A stretch of DNA of 64,000 nt, from the sequence record NC_054905.1; one strand, given 5' to 3'. Of the stretch, positions 12,201-29,676 are shown piece by piece. The notes under the pieces are model-generated. The model saw nothing but the letters and a program-made list of their open reading frames with translations, did not search any database and had not been told where the DNA came from. Origin of the DNA: Enterobacteria phage Kha5h. The first letter of the stretch is position 1, and every line of letters begins with the position of its first letter. A program made the position numbers and the translations under genes.

Positions 12201-12371
12201 ATATTTCAAGGTCAATTGCCGTCTGAACGACGCAAATTAATGAGTCCTTTATTTGATGCATCTGGAACAACATTTGCGCAATTTAGGGATTTAGTTAATA
12301 AACGTCTAAAAGATAATATAGGAAATCCAAGAGACCCTGAAAATCCAACACAGGTTAAAATAGATGAATGA
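9273..12371 (+). CDS. 7: gp7 baseplate wedge initiator
   Basis: 1032 aa; T4 order and length. Confidence 0.93.
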   Translation: MTVKAPSVTSLRISKLSANQVQVRWDDVGANFYYFVEIAETKTDSGEKLPSNQYRWINLGYTANNSFFFDDADPLTTYIIRVATAAQDFEQSDWIYTEEFETFATNAYTFQNMIEMQLANKFIQEKFTLNNSDYVNFNNDTIMAALMNESFQFSPSYVDVSSISNFIIGENEYHEIQGSIQQVCKDINRVYLMESEGILYLFERYQPVVKVSNDKGQTWKAVKLFNDRVGYPLSKTVYYQSANTTYVLGYDKIFYGRKSTDVRWSADDVRFSSQDITFAKLGDQLHLGFDVEIFATYATLPANVYRIAEAITCTDDYIYVVARDKVRYIKTSNAPIDSDPLSPTYSERLFEPDTMTITGNPKAVCYKMDSIGDKVFALIIGEVETLNANPRTSKIIDSADKGIYVLNHDTKTWKRVFGNTEEERRRIQPGYANMSTDGKLVSLSSSNFKFLSDNVVNDPETAAKYQLIGAVKYEFPREWLADKHYHMMAFIADEKSDWETFTPQPMKYYAEPFFNWSKKSNTRCWINNSDRVVVVYADLKYTKVIENIPETSPDRLVHEYWDDGDCTIVMPNVKFTGFKKYASGMLFYKASGEIISYYDFNYRVRDTVEIIWKPTEVFLKAFLQNQEHETPWSPEEERGLADPDLRPLIGTMMPDSYLLQDSNFEAFCEAYIQYLSDGYGTQYNNLRNLIRNKYPREEHAWEYLWSEIYKRNIYLNADKRDAVTRFFESRSYDFYSTKGIEASYKFLFKVLYNEEVEIEIESGAGTEYDIIVQSDSLTEDLVGQTIYTATGRCNVTYIERSYSNGKLQWTVTIHNLLGRLIAGQEVKAERLPSFEGEIIRGVKGKDLLQNNIDYINRSRSYYVMKIKSNLPSSRWKSDVIRFVHPVGFGFIAITLLTMFINVGLTLKHTETIINKYKNYKWDSGLPTEYADRVAKLTPTGEIEHDSVTGEAIYEPGPMAGVEYPLPDDYNAENNNSIFQGQLPSERRKLMSPLFDASGTTFAQFRDLVNKRLKDNIGNPRDPENPTQVKIDE

Positions 12372-13368
12372 TTCAAGTGTTATCTATCGTGCGATAGTTA
12401 CTTCAAAATTTAGAACAGAAAAAATGTTGAATTTTTATAATTCAATTGGAAGTGGTCCGGATAAAAACACTATCTTTATCACATTTGGAAGATCAGAACC
12501 GTGGTCATCAAATGAAAATGAGGTGGGCTTTGCTCCACCTTATCCAACTGATTCTGTATTAGGCGTAACTGACATGTGGACGCATATGATGGGAACCGTA
12601 AAGGTTCTTCCATCTATGCTTGATGCAGTTATTCCTCGTAGAGATTGGGGAGATACTAGATATCCGGATCCATATACATTTAGAATTAACGATATTGTAG
12701 TGTGTAACTCAGCTCCTTACAATGCTACTGAATCAGGCGCAGGCTGGTTAGTATATCGCTGTTTAGATGTTCCTGACACAGGAATGTGTTCAATTGAGTC
12801 TTTAACTAATAAGGATGAATGCCTTAAGTTAGGTGGAAAATGGACTCCTTCTGTTAGGTCAATGACTCCTCCTGAAGGTCGAGGAGACGCGGAAGGAACA
12901 ATCGAACCAGGAGACGGATATGTTTGGGAATATCTTTTTGAGATTCCGCCTGATGTATCTATAAATAGATGCACGAATGAATATATCGTGGTTCCTTGGC
13001 CTGAGGAATTAAAAGAAGACCCGGCTAGATGGGGGTATGAAGATAATCTCACCTGGCAACAAGATGATTTTGGATTAATTTACCGTGTTAAGGCAAATAC
13101 TATCCGTTTTAAAGCATATTTAGATTCAGTTTATTTTCCAGAAGCTGCATTGCCGGGAAATAAAGGATTTAGACAAATATCAATAATCACGAATCCTCTT
13201 GAAGCTAAAGCTCATCCAAATGACCCAAACGTTAAAGCTGAAAAGGATTATTATGATCCGGAAGATTTAATGAGGCATTCGGGCGAAATGATTTATATGG
13301 AAAATAGGCCACCTATTATCATGGCAATGGATCAAACAGAAGAAATCAATATTCTGTTTACATTTTAA
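12364..13368 (+). CDS. 8: gp8 baseplate wedge subunit
   Basis: 334 aa; T4 order and length. Confidence 0.93.
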   Translation: MNDSSVIYRAIVTSKFRTEKMLNFYNSIGSGPDKNTIFITFGRSEPWSSNENEVGFAPPYPTDSVLGVTDMWTHMMGTVKVLPSMLDAVIPRRDWGDTRYPDPYTFRINDIVVCNSAPYNATESGAGWLVYRCLDVPDTGMCSIESLTNKDECLKLGGKWTPSVRSMTPPEGRGDAEGTIEPGDGYVWEYLFEIPPDVSINRCTNEYIVVPWPEELKEDPARWGYEDNLTWQQDDFGLIYRVKANTIRFKAYLDSVYFPEAALPGNKGFRQISIITNPLEAKAHPNDPNVKAEKDYYDPEDLMRHSGEMIYMENRPPIIMAMDQTEEINILFTF

Positions 13369-13373
13369 CTTAA

Positions 13374-13400
13374 GGGAGCCCATGGGCTCCCTTTTTCTTT
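13374..13400 (+). terminator. intrinsic terminator after gene 8
   Basis: GGGAGCC-CATG-GGCTCCC hairpin followed by TTTTTCTTT. Confidence 0.7.
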
Positions 13401-13407
13401 ATAAATA
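13400..13407 (+). promoter_or_regulatory. late promoter box for gene 9
   Basis: TATAAATA 24 nt before the gene 9 ATG, just after the gene 8 terminator. Confidence 0.65.
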
Positions 13408-13431
13408 CTATAAACTCATAAGGAAACCGCT

Positions 13432-14298
13432 ATGTTCATTCAAGAACCAAAGAAATTGATTGATACCGGCGAAATTGGTAACGCTTCTACTGGTGATATC
13501 TTATTCGACGGTGGTAATAAAATTAATAGTGATTTTAACGCAATTTATAATGCGTTTGGCGATCAACGTAAAATGGCAGTAGCAAATGGAACTGGAGCAG
13601 ATGGCCAAATTATCCATGCTACCGGATATTATCAAAAACACTCTATTGCAGAGTACGCAACTCCAGTAAAAGTTGGCACTAGGCATGATATTGATACCTC
13701 TACTGTAGGTGTTAAAGTTATCATTGAAAGAGGCGAACTTGGCGACTGCGTTGAATTTATTAACTCAAATGGATCTATATCAGTTACTAATCCTTTAACA
13801 ATTCAAGCCATTGATTCAATTAAAGGTGTTTCGGGTAATTTAGTAGTAACTAGCCCATATAGTAAAGTTACTTTACGCTGTATTTCATCTGATAATTCTA
13901 CGTCGGTTTGGAATTATTCTATTGAAAGTATGTTTGGACAAAAGGAATCACCAGCTGAAGGTACATGGAATATTTCTACATCTGGATCAGTTGATATTCC
14001 ACTATTTCATCGCACTGAATACAATATGGCTAAATTACTAGTTACATGCCAATCGGTAGATGGAAGAAAAATTAAAACAGCAGAAATAAATATTCTTGTG
14101 GATACTGTCAATTCAGAGGTAATTTCTTCTGAATATGCTGTCATGCGAGTTGGGAATGAAACCGAAGAAGACGAAATCGCTAATATTGCATTTAGTATTA
14201 AAGAAAATTACGTAACGGCGACTATAAGTTCTTCAACTGTCGGTATGAGAGCAGCAGTTAAAGTTATCGCTACGCAGAAAATCGGGGTGGCTCAATAA
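13432..14298 (+). CDS. 9: gp9 baseplate wedge, long-tail-fibre socket
   Basis: 288 aa; own late promoter and upstream terminator. Confidence 0.93.
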   Translation: MFIQEPKKLIDTGEIGNASTGDILFDGGNKINSDFNAIYNAFGDQRKMAVANGTGADGQIIHATGYYQKHSIAEYATPVKVGTRHDIDTSTVGVKVIIERGELGDCVEFINSNGSISVTNPLTIQAIDSIKGVSGNLVVTSPYSKVTLRCISSDNSTSVWNYSIESMFGQKESPAEGTWNISTSGSVDIPLFHRTEYNMAKLLVTCQSVDGRKIKTAEINILVDTVNSEVISSEYAVMRVGNETEEDEIANIAFSIKENYVTATISSSTVGMRAAVKVIATQKIGVAQ

Positions 14299-16106
14299 TG
14301 AAACAAAATATTAATATCGGTAATGTTGTAGATGATGGTACCGGTGACTACCTGCGTAAAGGTGGTATAAAAATAAATGAAAACTTTGATGAGCTTTATT
14401 ATGAACTCGGTGATGGTGATGTTCCATATTCAGCCGGTGCCTGGAAAACTTATAATGCTTCATCAGGACAAACATTAACAGCAGAATGGGGAAAATCGTA
14501 CGCTATTAATACATCTTCTGGAAGAGTGACTATAAATCTTCCAAAGGGCACAGTTAATGATTACAACAAGGTAATTAGAGCTAGAGACGTATTTGCTACA
14601 TGGAACGTCAACCCAGTTACACTAGTAGCTGCTTCCGGCGATACGATTAAAGGGTCTGCAGTACCAGTTGAAATTAATGTTCAATTCAGCGATTTAGAAC
14701 TAGTGTATTGTGCCCCAGGACGTTGGGAATATGTCAAAAATAAACAAATTGACAAAATTACCAGTTCAGACATTAGTAATGTAGCTCGTAAAGAATTTTT
14801 AGTTGAAGTTCAAGGACAAACGGACTTTTTAGATGTTTTCCGTGGAACTAGTTATAATGTAAATAACATCAGAGTAAAACATCGTGGTAACGAATTATAT
14901 TACGGCGATGTGTTTAGCGAAAACAGTGATTTTGGCTCTCCAGGCGAAAATGAAGGAGAACTGGTTCCTCTTGATGGATTTAATATTCGATTAAGACAGC
15001 CTTGTAATATTGGTGACACTGTTCAAATTGAAACATTTATGGATGGTGTATCGCAGTGGAGAAGTTCATATACAAGACGTCAAATTAGATTGTTAGATTC
15101 AAAATTAACGTCAAAAACTTCTCTAGAAGGAAGTATTTACGTTACTGATTTATCAACAATGAAATCAATTCCATTTTCTGCTTTTGGATTAATTCCAGGA
15201 GAACCTATTAATCCTAACTCTCTTGAGGTTCGTTTTAATGGGATTTTGCAGGAATTGGCTGGCACAGTTGGAATGCCATTATTTCATTGTGTTGGTGCCG
15301 ATTCAGACGATGAAGTAGAATGCTCTGTTTTAGGTGGAACTTGGGAACAATCTCATACCGATTATTCAGTTGAAACTGATGAAAACGGCATACCGGAAAT
15401 TTTACATTTCGATAGAGTATTTGAGCATGGTGACATTATCAATATCACCTGGTTTAATAATGATTTGGGTACATTATTAACAAAAGATGAGATTATTGAT
15501 GAAACTGATAATCTTTATGTATCGCAAGGACCAGGGGTAGATATTTCCGGTGATGTAAATTTAACAGACTTCGATAAAATTGGTTGGCCAAATGTAGAAG
15601 CAGTTCAATCTTATCAACGCGAATTTAATGCTGTTTCAAATATCTTTGATACGATTTATCCTATTGGAACTATATATGAAAACGCTGTTAATCCAAACAA
15701 CCCTGTTACATATATGGGATTCGGCTCATGGAAATTATTTGGGCAAGGAAAAGTTTTAGTTGGATGGAATGAAGATATTTCGGATCCGAATTTTGCTCTA
15801 AATAACAATGATTTAGATTCTGGCGGAAATCCTTCGCATACTGCAGGTGGAACAGGTGGTTCTACTTCTGTTACATTGGAAAATGCTAATCTTCCTGCAA
15901 CTGAAACAGATGAAGAAGTTCTAATAGTTGATGAAAATGGATCAGTCATTGTTGGTGGGTGTCAATACGATCCAGATGAATCCGGTCCAATCTACACTAA
16001 ATACCGTGAAGCTAAAGCATCTACTAACTCTACTCACACTCCGCCAACATCAATAACTAACATTCAACCATATATTACAGTTTATCGTTGGATAAGGATT
16101 GCATAA
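14298..16106 (+). CDS. 10: gp10 baseplate wedge and pin
   Basis: 602 aa. Confidence 0.93.
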   Translation: MKQNINIGNVVDDGTGDYLRKGGIKINENFDELYYELGDGDVPYSAGAWKTYNASSGQTLTAEWGKSYAINTSSGRVTINLPKGTVNDYNKVIRARDVFATWNVNPVTLVAASGDTIKGSAVPVEINVQFSDLELVYCAPGRWEYVKNKQIDKITSSDISNVARKEFLVEVQGQTDFLDVFRGTSYNVNNIRVKHRGNELYYGDVFSENSDFGSPGENEGELVPLDGFNIRLRQPCNIGDTVQIETFMDGVSQWRSSYTRRQIRLLDSKLTSKTSLEGSIYVTDLSTMKSIPFSAFGLIPGEPINPNSLEVRFNGILQELAGTVGMPLFHCVGADSDDEVECSVLGGTWEQSHTDYSVETDENGIPEILHFDRVFEHGDIINITWFNNDLGTLLTKDEIIDETDNLYVSQGPGVDISGDVNLTDFDKIGWPNVEAVQSYQREFNAVSNIFDTIYPIGTIYENAVNPNNPVTYMGFGSWKLFGQGKVLVGWNEDISDPNFALNNNDLDSGGNPSHTAGGTGGSTSVTLENANLPATETDEEVLIVDENGSVIVGGCQYDPDESGPIYTKYREAKASTNSTHTPPTSITNIQPYITVYRWIRIA

Positions 16107-16765
16107 TGAGTTTACTTAATAATAAAGCGGGAGTTATTTCCCGCTTAGCCGATTTTCTTGGTTTTAGACCTAAAGCTGGTAATATAGATGTAATGAATCG
16201 TCAATCAGTTGGGTCAGTGACAATTTCTCAATTAGCGAAAGGATTTTATGAACCAAACGTAGAATCAGCTATTAATGACGTTCATAATTTTTCTATAAAA
16301 GACGTTGGTACAATTATTACTAATAAAACTGGTGTTTCGCCTGAGGGTGTTTCTCAAACTGATTATTGGGCATTTTCGGGAACGGTAACAGACGATTCGC
16401 TTCCTCCTGGTTCTCCTGTTACTGTATTAGTATTTGGTCTTCCAGTTTCAGCAACTACTGGAATGACGGCAATTGAGTTTGTTGCAAAAGTTCGTGTTGC
16501 CCTTCAAGAAGCTATTGCGTCATTTACTGCTATCAACTCATATAAAGACCATCCAACAGATGGTAGTAAATTAGAAGTTACTTATTTAGATAATCAAAAA
16601 CATGTATTAAGCACATATTCTACATATGGAATAACTATTTCACAGGAAATTATTTCTGAGTCTAAACCTGGCTACGGTACATGGAATTTATTAGGCGCAC
16701 AAACTGTAACTTTAGATAATCAGCAGACTCCTACAGTATTTTATCATTTTGAGAGAACAGCATGA
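16106..16765 (+). CDS. 11: gp11 baseplate wedge and pin (short-tail-fibre attachment)
   Basis: Track ORF trimmed to ATG ([17 protein letters not shown]..., 219 aa); TAATG overlap with gene 10 stop. Confidence 0.9.
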   Translation: MSLLNNKAGVISRLADFLGFRPKAGNIDVMNRQSVGSVTISQLAKGFYEPNVESAINDVHNFSIKDVGTIITNKTGVSPEGVSQTDYWAFSGTVTDDSLPPGSPVTVLVFGLPVSATTGMTAIEFVAKVRVALQEAIASFTAINSYKDHPTDGSKLEVTYLDNQKHVLSTYSTYGITISQEIISESKPGYGTWNLLGAQTVTLDNQQTPTVFYHFERTA

Positions 16766-18345
16766 GTAATAATACATATCAACACGTTTCTAATGAATCT
16801 CGTTATGTAAAATTTGATCCTACCGATACGAATTTTCCACCAGAGATTACTGATGTTCAGGCTGCTATAGCAGCCATTTCTCCTGCTGGCGTAAATGGAG
16901 TTCCTGATGCATCGTCAACAACAAAGGGAATTTTATTTCTTGCCACTGAACAGGAAGTTATAGATGGAACTAATAATACCAAAGCAGTTACACCAGCAAC
17001 GTTGGCAACAAGATTATCTTATCCAAACGCAACTGAAACTGTTTACGGATTAACAAGATATTCAACCAATGATGAAGCCATTGCCGGAGTTAATAATGAA
17101 TCTTCTATAACTCCAGCTAAATTTACTGTTGCTCTTAATAATGCGTTTGAAACTCGTGTTTCAACTGAATCCTCGAATGGTGTTATTAAAATTTCATCTC
17201 TACCGCAAGCATTAGCTGGTGCAGATGATACTACTGCAATGACTCCATTAAAAACACAGCAGTTAGCTATTAAATTAATTGCGCAAATTGCTCCTTCTGA
17301 AACCACAGCTACAGAGTCTGACCAGGGTGTTGTTCAATTAGCAACAGTAGCACAGGTTCGTCAGGGAACTTTAAGAGAAGGCTATGCAATTTCTCCTTAT
17401 ACGTTTATGAATTCATCTGCTACTGAAGAATATAAAGGCGTAATTAAATTAGGAACACAATCAGAAGTTAACTCGAATAATGCTTCTGTTGCGGTTACTG
17501 GCGCAACTCTTAATGGTCGCGGTTCTACAACGTCAATGAGAGGAGTTGTTAGATTAACAACAACGGCCGGTTCACAAAGCGGAGGCGATGCTTCATCAGC
17601 ACTAGCTTGGAATGCTGACGTTATCCACCAAAGAGGCGGTCAAACTATTAATGGAACACTCCGCATTAATAACACGCTCACGATAGCTTCAGGTGGAGCA
17701 AATATTACCGGAACAGTTAACATGACCGGTGGTTATATTCAAGGTAAGCGTGTCGTAACACAAAATGAAATTGATAGAACTATTCCTGTCGGAGCTATTA
17801 TGATGTGGGCCGCTGATAGTCTTCCTAGTGATGCTTGGCGTTTTTGCCACGGTGGAACTGTTTCAGCATCAGATTGTCCATTATATGCTTCTAGAATTGG
17901 AACAAGATACGGCGGAAGTTCATCAAATCCTGGATTACCTGATATGCGTGGTCTTTTTGTTCGCGGCTCTGGTCGTGGCTCTCACTTAACAAATCCAAAT
18001 GTTAATGGTAATGACCAGTTTGGTAAGCCTAGATTAGGTGTAGGTTGTACTGGTGGATATGTTGGTGAAGTACAGAAACAACAGATGTCTTATCATAAAC
18101 ATGCTGGCGGATTTGGTGAGCATGATGATTCTGGAGCATTCGGTAATACCCGTAGATCAAATTTTGTTGGTACACGTAAAGGACTTGACTGGGATAACCG
18201 TTCATACTTCACCAATGACGGATATGAAATTGACCCGGCATCACAACGAAATTCCAAATATACATTAAATCGTCCTGAATTAATTGGAAATGAAACACGT
18301 CCATGGAACATTTCTTTAAACTACATAATTAAGGTAAAAGAATGA
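16762..18345 (+). CDS. 12: gp12 short tail fibre
   Basis: 527 aa. Confidence 0.93.
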   Translation: MSNNTYQHVSNESRYVKFDPTDTNFPPEITDVQAAIAAISPAGVNGVPDASSTTKGILFLATEQEVIDGTNNTKAVTPATLATRLSYPNATETVYGLTRYSTNDEAIAGVNNESSITPAKFTVALNNAFETRVSTESSNGVIKISSLPQALAGADDTTAMTPLKTQQLAIKLIAQIAPSETTATESDQGVVQLATVAQVRQGTLREGYAISPYTFMNSSATEEYKGVIKLGTQSEVNSNNASVAVTGATLNGRGSTTSMRGVVRLTTTAGSQSGGDASSALAWNADVIHQRGGQTINGTLRINNTLTIASGGANITGTVNMTGGYIQGKRVVTQNEIDRTIPVGAIMMWAADSLPSDAWRFCHGGTVSASDCPLYASRIGTRYGGSSSNPGLPDMRGLFVRGSGRGSHLTNPNVNGNDQFGKPRLGVGCTGGYVGEVQKQQMSYHKHAGGFGEHDDSGAFGNTRRSNFVGTRKGLDWDNRSYFTNDGYEIDPASQRNSKYTLNRPELIGNETRPWNISLNYIIKVKE

Positions 18346-19805
18346 CAGATATTGTACTGAATGACTTACCATTCGTTGACGGCCCTCCTGCAGAGGGCCA
18401 GAGCCGCATTTCCTGGATTAAAAACGGCGAAGAAATATTAGGAGCTGACACACAGTATGGAAGCGAAGGTTCAATGAATAGACCTACAGTTTCTGTACTA
18501 AGAAATGTTGAAGTTCTTGATAAAAACATTGGAATACTTAAAACATCTTTAGAAACCGCAAATAGTGATATTAAAACCATCCAGGGCATCTTAGATGTAT
18601 CTGGTGATATTGAAGCTTTAGCGCAAATAAGTATCAATAAAAAGGATATTTCTGACCTCAAAACGCTAACCAGTGAACATACAGAAATATTAAATGGAAC
18701 TAATAGTACTGTTGACAACATTCTTGCTGATATTGGTCCATTTAACTCCGAGGCCAACTCTGTATACAGAACAATCAGAAATGATTTACTGTGGATAAAG
18801 CGTGAACTTGGACAATACACTGGTCAAGATATTAATGGTCTTCCTGTTGTAGGAAATCCTAGTAGTGGAATGAAGCATCGCATTATTAATAATACTGATG
18901 TCATTACTTCACAGGGAATACGTTTAAGTGAATTAGAAACAAAATTTATTGAATCTGATGTAGGTTCTTTGACCATTGAAGTTGGTAATCTTCGCGAAGA
19001 GCTTGGACCGAAACCGCCGTCTTTTTCACAAACTGTTTATAGTCGTTTAAATGAAATTGACACTAAACAGACAACAGTTGAGTCTGACATTAGTGCTATT
19101 AAGACCTCAATAGGATATCCAGGAAATAATTCGATTATTACGAGTGTTAATACAAACACTGATAATATTGCATCTATTAATTTAGAGCTAAATCAAAGTG
19201 GAGGTATTAAACAGCGTTTAACCGTTATTGAAACTTCTATTGGTTCAGATGATATTCCTTCGAGTATTAAAGGCCAAATCAAAGATAATACAACTTCAAT
19301 CGAATCTTTAAATGGAATCGTCGGTGAAAACACTTCATCTGGTTTAAGAGCGAATGTTTCGTGGTTAAACCAAATTGTTGGAACTGATTCTAGCGGTGGA
19401 CAACCTTCTCCTCCTGGGTCTCTTTTAAACCGAGTTTCTACAATTGAAACTTCTGTTTCAGGCTTGAATAACGATGTTCAAAACCTACAAGTAGAGATTG
19501 GTAATAACAGCACAGGAATTAAAGGACAAGTTGTAGCGTTAAATACTTTAGTAAATGGAACTAATCCAAACGGTTCAACTGTTGAAGAACGCGGATTAAC
19601 CAATTCAATAAAAGCTAACGAAACTAACATTGCATCAGTTACACAAGAAGTGAATACAGCTAAAGGCAATATATCTTCTTTACAAGACGATGTTCAAGCT
19701 CTCCAAGAAGCCGGTTATATTCCTGAAGCTCCAAAAGATGGCCAAGCTTACATTCGTAAAGACGGCGAATGGGTATTACTTTCTACCTTTTTATCACCAG
19801 CATAA
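18342..19805 (+). CDS. wac: fibritin (whisker/neck fibre)
   Basis: 487 aa; coiled-coil heptads; C-terminal foldon [27 protein letters not shown]. Confidence 0.95.
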   Translation: MTDIVLNDLPFVDGPPAEGQSRISWIKNGEEILGADTQYGSEGSMNRPTVSVLRNVEVLDKNIGILKTSLETANSDIKTIQGILDVSGDIEALAQISINKKDISDLKTLTSEHTEILNGTNSTVDNILADIGPFNSEANSVYRTIRNDLLWIKRELGQYTGQDINGLPVVGNPSSGMKHRIINNTDVITSQGIRLSELETKFIESDVGSLTIEVGNLREELGPKPPSFSQTVYSRLNEIDTKQTTVESDISAIKTSIGYPGNNSIITSVNTNTDNIASINLELNQSGGIKQRLTVIETSIGSDDIPSSIKGQIKDNTTSIESLNGIVGENTSSGLRANVSWLNQIVGTDSSGGQPSPPGSLLNRVSTIETSVSGLNNDVQNLQVEIGNNSTGIKGQVVALNTLVNGTNPNGSTVEERGLTNSIKANETNIASVTQEVNTAKGNISSLQDDVQALQEAGYIPEAPKDGQAYIRKDGEWVLLSTFLSPA

Positions 19806-19808
19806 CAT

Positions 19809-19824
19809 GGGGCCGCAAGGCCCC
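19809..19824 (+). terminator. GC-rich tetraloop hairpin between wac and gene 13 (no U-run)
   Basis: GGGGCC-GCAA-GGCCCC; likely an RNA stability or attenuator element rather than a full terminator. Confidence 0.4.
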
Positions 19825-19836
19825 AAAGGATTTTAA

Positions 19837-21538
<1,702 letters not shown>

Positions 21539-21579
21539 TAAATATTATAAACTAATTAAAGCCCAGATTAGGAGAAATC

Positions 21580-24720
<3,141 letters not shown>

Positions 24721-24748
24721 TATTAAAGCATATTAAAGAGGATTAAAA

Positions 24749-26728
24749 ATGACTTTATTATCTCCGGGCATTGAGCTCAAAGAAACTACGGTTCAAAGCA
24801 CCGTGGTTAATAACTCTACTGGTACAGCAGCTTTGGCCGGTAAATTCCAGTGGGGTCCTGCTTTTCAGATTAAACAGGTTACAAATGAAGTAGATTTAGT
24901 TAATACTTTTGGTCAACCAACCGCTGAAACTGCTGACTATTTTATGTCTGCGATGAATTTCTTGCAGTACGGAAATGACTTACGAGTAGTTCGTGCTGTT
25001 GATAGAGATACCGCTAAAAACTCATCTCCGATTGCTGGTAATATTGAATACACAATTTCTACCCCAGGTAGTAACTATGCAGTTGGAGATAAAATCACGG
25101 TCAAATATGTTTCAGATGATATTGAAACTGAAGGTAAAATTACTGAAGTAGACGCAGATGGAAAAATCAAGAAAATTAATATTCCTACTGCAAAAATTAT
25201 CGCTAAAGCGAAAGAAGTCGGTGAATATCCAACACTAGGTTCTAACTGGACTGCGGAAATTTCTTCATCTTCCTCTGGTTTAGCTGCAGTAATAACTCTC
25301 GGAAAAATTATTACTGATTCTGGTATTTTATTAGCTGAAATTGAAAATGCTGAAGCTGCTATGACAGCGGTTGACTTTCAAGCAAATCTCGAAAAATATG
25401 GAATTCCAGGAGTAGTAGCTCTTTATCCAGGCGAATTAGGCGATAAAATTGAAATTGAAATCGTATCTAAAGCTGACTATGCAAAAGGAGCTTCTGCATT
25501 ACTCCCAATTTATCCAGGTGGTGGTACTCGTGCATCTACTGCCAAGGCAGTGTTTGGATATGGACCGCAGACTGACTCACAGTACGCAATTATAGTTCGT
25601 CGAAATGATGCTATTGTTCAAAGCATTGTTCTTTCAACTAAGCGCGGTGAAAAAGATATTTACGATAGTAACATCTATATCGATGACTTTTTCGCAAAAG
25701 GTGGTTCAGAATATATTTTTGCAACTGCACAAAACTGGCCAGAAGGCTTCTCTGGAATTTTAACTCTGTCTGGTGGATTATCATCAAATGCTGAAGTAAC
25801 AGCAGGAGATTTGATGGAAGCTTGGGACTTCTTTGCTGACCGCGAATCTGTTGACGTTCAACTGTTTATTGCGGGTTCTTGTGCCGGTGAATCTTTAGAA
25901 ACAGCATCTACTGTCCAAAAACACGTCGTTTCAATTGGGGATGCTCGTCAAGATTGCTTAGTATTGTGCTCACCACCACGTGAAACTGTAGTTGGAATTC
26001 CTGTAACTCGTGCTGTTGATAACTTAGTCAATTGGAGAACTGCAGCAGGTTCATACACTGATAATAACTTTAATATCAGTTCAACCTATGCAGCAATCGA
26101 TGGCAACTACAAATATCAGTATGACAAATATAATGATGTGAATCGTTGGGTTCCATTAGCAGCTGATATTGCTGGTTTATGCGCGAGAACCGATAACGTT
26201 TCTCAGACTTGGATGTCTCCAGCTGGTTATAATCGTGGCCAGATTCTTAACGTTATTAAACTTGCTATTGAAACTCGCCAGGCTCAGCGCGACCGTTTAT
26301 ACCAAGAAGCTATCAACCCGGTAACTGGTACAGGTGGTGATGGTTACGTATTGTATGGTGATAAAACAGCTACTTCTGTTCCTTCTCCGTTTGATCGTAT
26401 TAACGTTCGTCGTCTGTTTAATATGTTGAAAACGAATATCGGACGTAGTTCAAAATATCGTTTGTTCGAATTAAACAACGCGTTTACTCGTTCATCATTC
26501 CGCACAGAAACTGCCCAGTACTTACAGGGAATTAAAGCTCTCGGTGGAATTTATGAATATCGTGTAGTTTGCGATACAACAAATAACACTCCGTCAGTAA
26601 TTGATAGAAATGAGTTTGTTGCAACATTCTACATCCAACCGGCTAGAAGCATTAACTACATTACCTTAAACTTCGTAGCAACTGCTACCGGTGCAGATTT
26701 CGATGAGTTAACTGGTCTTGCAGGTTAA
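24749..26728 (+). CDS. 18: gp18 tail sheath protein
   Basis: 659 aa; late promoter overlapping the gene 17 stop. Confidence 0.95.
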   Translation: MTLLSPGIELKETTVQSTVVNNSTGTAALAGKFQWGPAFQIKQVTNEVDLVNTFGQPTAETADYFMSAMNFLQYGNDLRVVRAVDRDTAKNSSPIAGNIEYTISTPGSNYAVGDKITVKYVSDDIETEGKITEVDADGKIKKINIPTAKIIAKAKEVGEYPTLGSNWTAEISSSSSGLAAVITLGKIITDSGILLAEIENAEAAMTAVDFQANLEKYGIPGVVALYPGELGDKIEIEIVSKADYAKGASALLPIYPGGGTRASTAKAVFGYGPQTDSQYAIIVRRNDAIVQSIVLSTKRGEKDIYDSNIYIDDFFAKGGSEYIFATAQNWPEGFSGILTLSGGLSSNAEVTAGDLMEAWDFFADRESVDVQLFIAGSCAGESLETASTVQKHVVSIGDARQDCLVLCSPPRETVVGIPVTRAVDNLVNWRTAAGSYTDNNFNISSTYAAIDGNYKYQYDKYNDVNRWVPLAADIAGLCARTDNVSQTWMSPAGYNRGQILNVIKLAIETRQAQRDRLYQEAINPVTGTGGDGYVLYGDKTATSVPSPFDRINVRRLFNMLKTNIGRSSKYRLFELNNAFTRSSFRTETAQYLQGIKALGGIYEYRVVCDTTNNTPSVIDRNEFVATFYIQPARSINYITLNFVATATGADFDELTGLAG

Positions 26729-26744
26729 TACGGTGCATTCTAAA

Positions 26745-26762
26745 GGCCTGTTTCGGCAGGCC
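26745..26762 (+). terminator. hairpin after gene 18
   Basis: GGCCTG-TTTCGG-CAGGCC directly followed by the distal late promoter box. Confidence 0.4.
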
Positions 26763-26763
26763 A

Positions 26764-26771
26764 TATAAATA
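26764..26771 (+). promoter_or_regulatory. late promoter box (distal) for gene 19
   Basis: TATAAATA in the 18/19 intergenic region. Confidence 0.55.
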
Positions 26772-26822
26772 CACTATATCCTTAATTCTTTAATTCTATA
26801 TGCCCTAGGTTAAACATAGGGA

Positions 26823-26830
26823 TATAAATA
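26823..26830 (+). promoter_or_regulatory. late promoter box (proximal) for gene 19
   Basis: TATAAATA 14 nt before the gene 19 ATG. Confidence 0.6.
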
Positions 26831-26844
26831 CTACAGAGGCTAAT

Positions 26845-27336
26845 ATGTTTGTAGATGATGTAACACGAGCGTTTGAATCTGGTGATTTTGCTCGACCTAA
26901 CTTATTCCAAGTAGAAATTTCTTATCTTGGACAAAATTTTACGTTCCAATGTAAAGCCACTGCTTTACCAGCTGGTATTGTAGAAAAAATTCCAGTCGGA
27001 TTTATGAACCGTAAAATTAACGTGGCAGGCGATCGTACATTCGATGACTGGACTGTTACAGTAATGAACGATGAAGCTCATGATGCTCGCCAGAAGTTTG
27101 TTGATTGGCAAAGCATTGCCGCAGGACAAGGAAACGAAATTACTGGTGGAAAACCTGCAGAGTATAAAAAGAGCGCTATCGTTCGTCAATATGCTCGTGA
27201 CGCTAAAACAGTAACAAAAGAAATTGAAATTAAAGGTCTGTGGCCTACTAACGTGGGTGAACTTCAATTAGATTGGGATTCAAACAATGAAATCCAAACC
27301 TTTGAAGTAACTCTTGCTCTCGATTATTGGGAATAA
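26845..27336 (+). CDS. 19: gp19 tail tube protein
   Basis: 163 aa; two late promoter boxes upstream. Confidence 0.95.
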   Translation: MFVDDVTRAFESGDFARPNLFQVEISYLGQNFTFQCKATALPAGIVEKIPVGFMNRKINVAGDRTFDDWTVTVMNDEAHDARQKFVDWQSIAAGQGNEITGGKPAEYKKSAIVRQYARDAKTVTKEIEIKGLWPTNVGELQLDWDSNNEIQTFEVTLALDYWE

Positions 27337-27343
27337 AATGAAT

Positions 27344-27357
27344 GGGGAGAAATCCCC
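27344..27357 (+). terminator. hairpin after gene 19 (GAAA tetraloop)
   Basis: GGGGA-GAAA-TCCCC; a second short stem CTGC-TTAAA-GCAG follows. Confidence 0.35.
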
Positions 27358-27368
27358 ATCCTGCTTAA

Positions 27369-28993
<1,625 letters not shown>

Positions 28994-28994
<1 letters not shown>

Positions 28995-29251
28995 TGGAAG
29001 GTTTAATTGAAGCTATTAAATCAAACGACCTCGTAGCCGCTCGTAAATTCTTTGCTGAAGCCATGGCTGCAAGAACGATTGATTTAATTAAAGAAGAAAA
29101 AATCGCTATCGCTCGCAATTTCTTAATCGAAGGTGAAGAACCTGATGAAGATGACGAAGACGAAGACGAGGATGATGAAGATAGCGATGATAAAGACGAC
29201 AAAAAAGACAAAGACTCTGATGAAGATGACGAAGACGAGGATGATGAATAA
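28994..29251 (+). CDS. 67: gp67 prohead core protein (acidic C-terminus)
   Basis: 85 aa; D/E-rich tail; T4 order 20-67-68-21. Confidence 0.85.
29144..29248 (+). repeat. GA-rich direct repeats encoding the acidic tail of gp67
   Basis: GATGAAGATGACGAAGACGA(AGACGA)GGATGATGAAG occurs twice (about 29144-29181 and 29219-29248), giving [13 protein letters not shown]... tracts. Confidence 0.6.
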
Positions 29252-29676
29252 TGCTTCTGATCCCTGAAACTCATGAATTAGTTCTCGAGAATGTCGAAGC
29301 ACTTATTCCTGAAGCACAGGGTCGCTTTGACGAATTGTCTTCTGCTTTAAATAAAGACGATATAAATACAATTATCGAGAATATGCTTGATGATGAAACT
29401 GATTTAGCAATTGCATTAGCTTCTATTAATGAAGATATGCCGCTAAATGAATTCATCGTTAAACATGTTTCAGCTCGTGGTGAAATTACGCGTACTAAAG
29501 ACCGCAAGACGCGTGAACGTAATGCATTTCAAACCACCGGGCTGTCTAAAGCAAAACGTAGACAAATTGCTCGCAAAGCTACCAAAACGAAGATTGCCAA
29601 TCCAGCAGGTCAATCTCGTGCTCAGCGTAAGCGTAAAAAAGCTCTTAAACGCCGTAAAGCATTAGGATTAAGCTAA
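29251..29676 (+). CDS. 68: gp68 prohead core protein
   Basis: 141 aa. Confidence 0.85.
   Translation: MLLIPETHELVLENVEALIPEAQGRFDELSSALNKDDINTIIENMLDDETDLAIALASINEDMPLNEFIVKHVSARGEITRTKDRKTRERNAFQTTGLSKAKRRQIARKATKTKIANPAGQSRAQRKRKKALKRRKALGLS

Noticed and set aside
12717-13052. 111-aa minus-strand ORF inside gene 8
   Set aside because: Antisense shadow ORF within the baseplate wedge gene.
18329-18820. 163-aa minus-strand ORF overlapping the start of wac
   Set aside because: Antisense to fibritin, hydrophobic low-complexity translation, no start signals.
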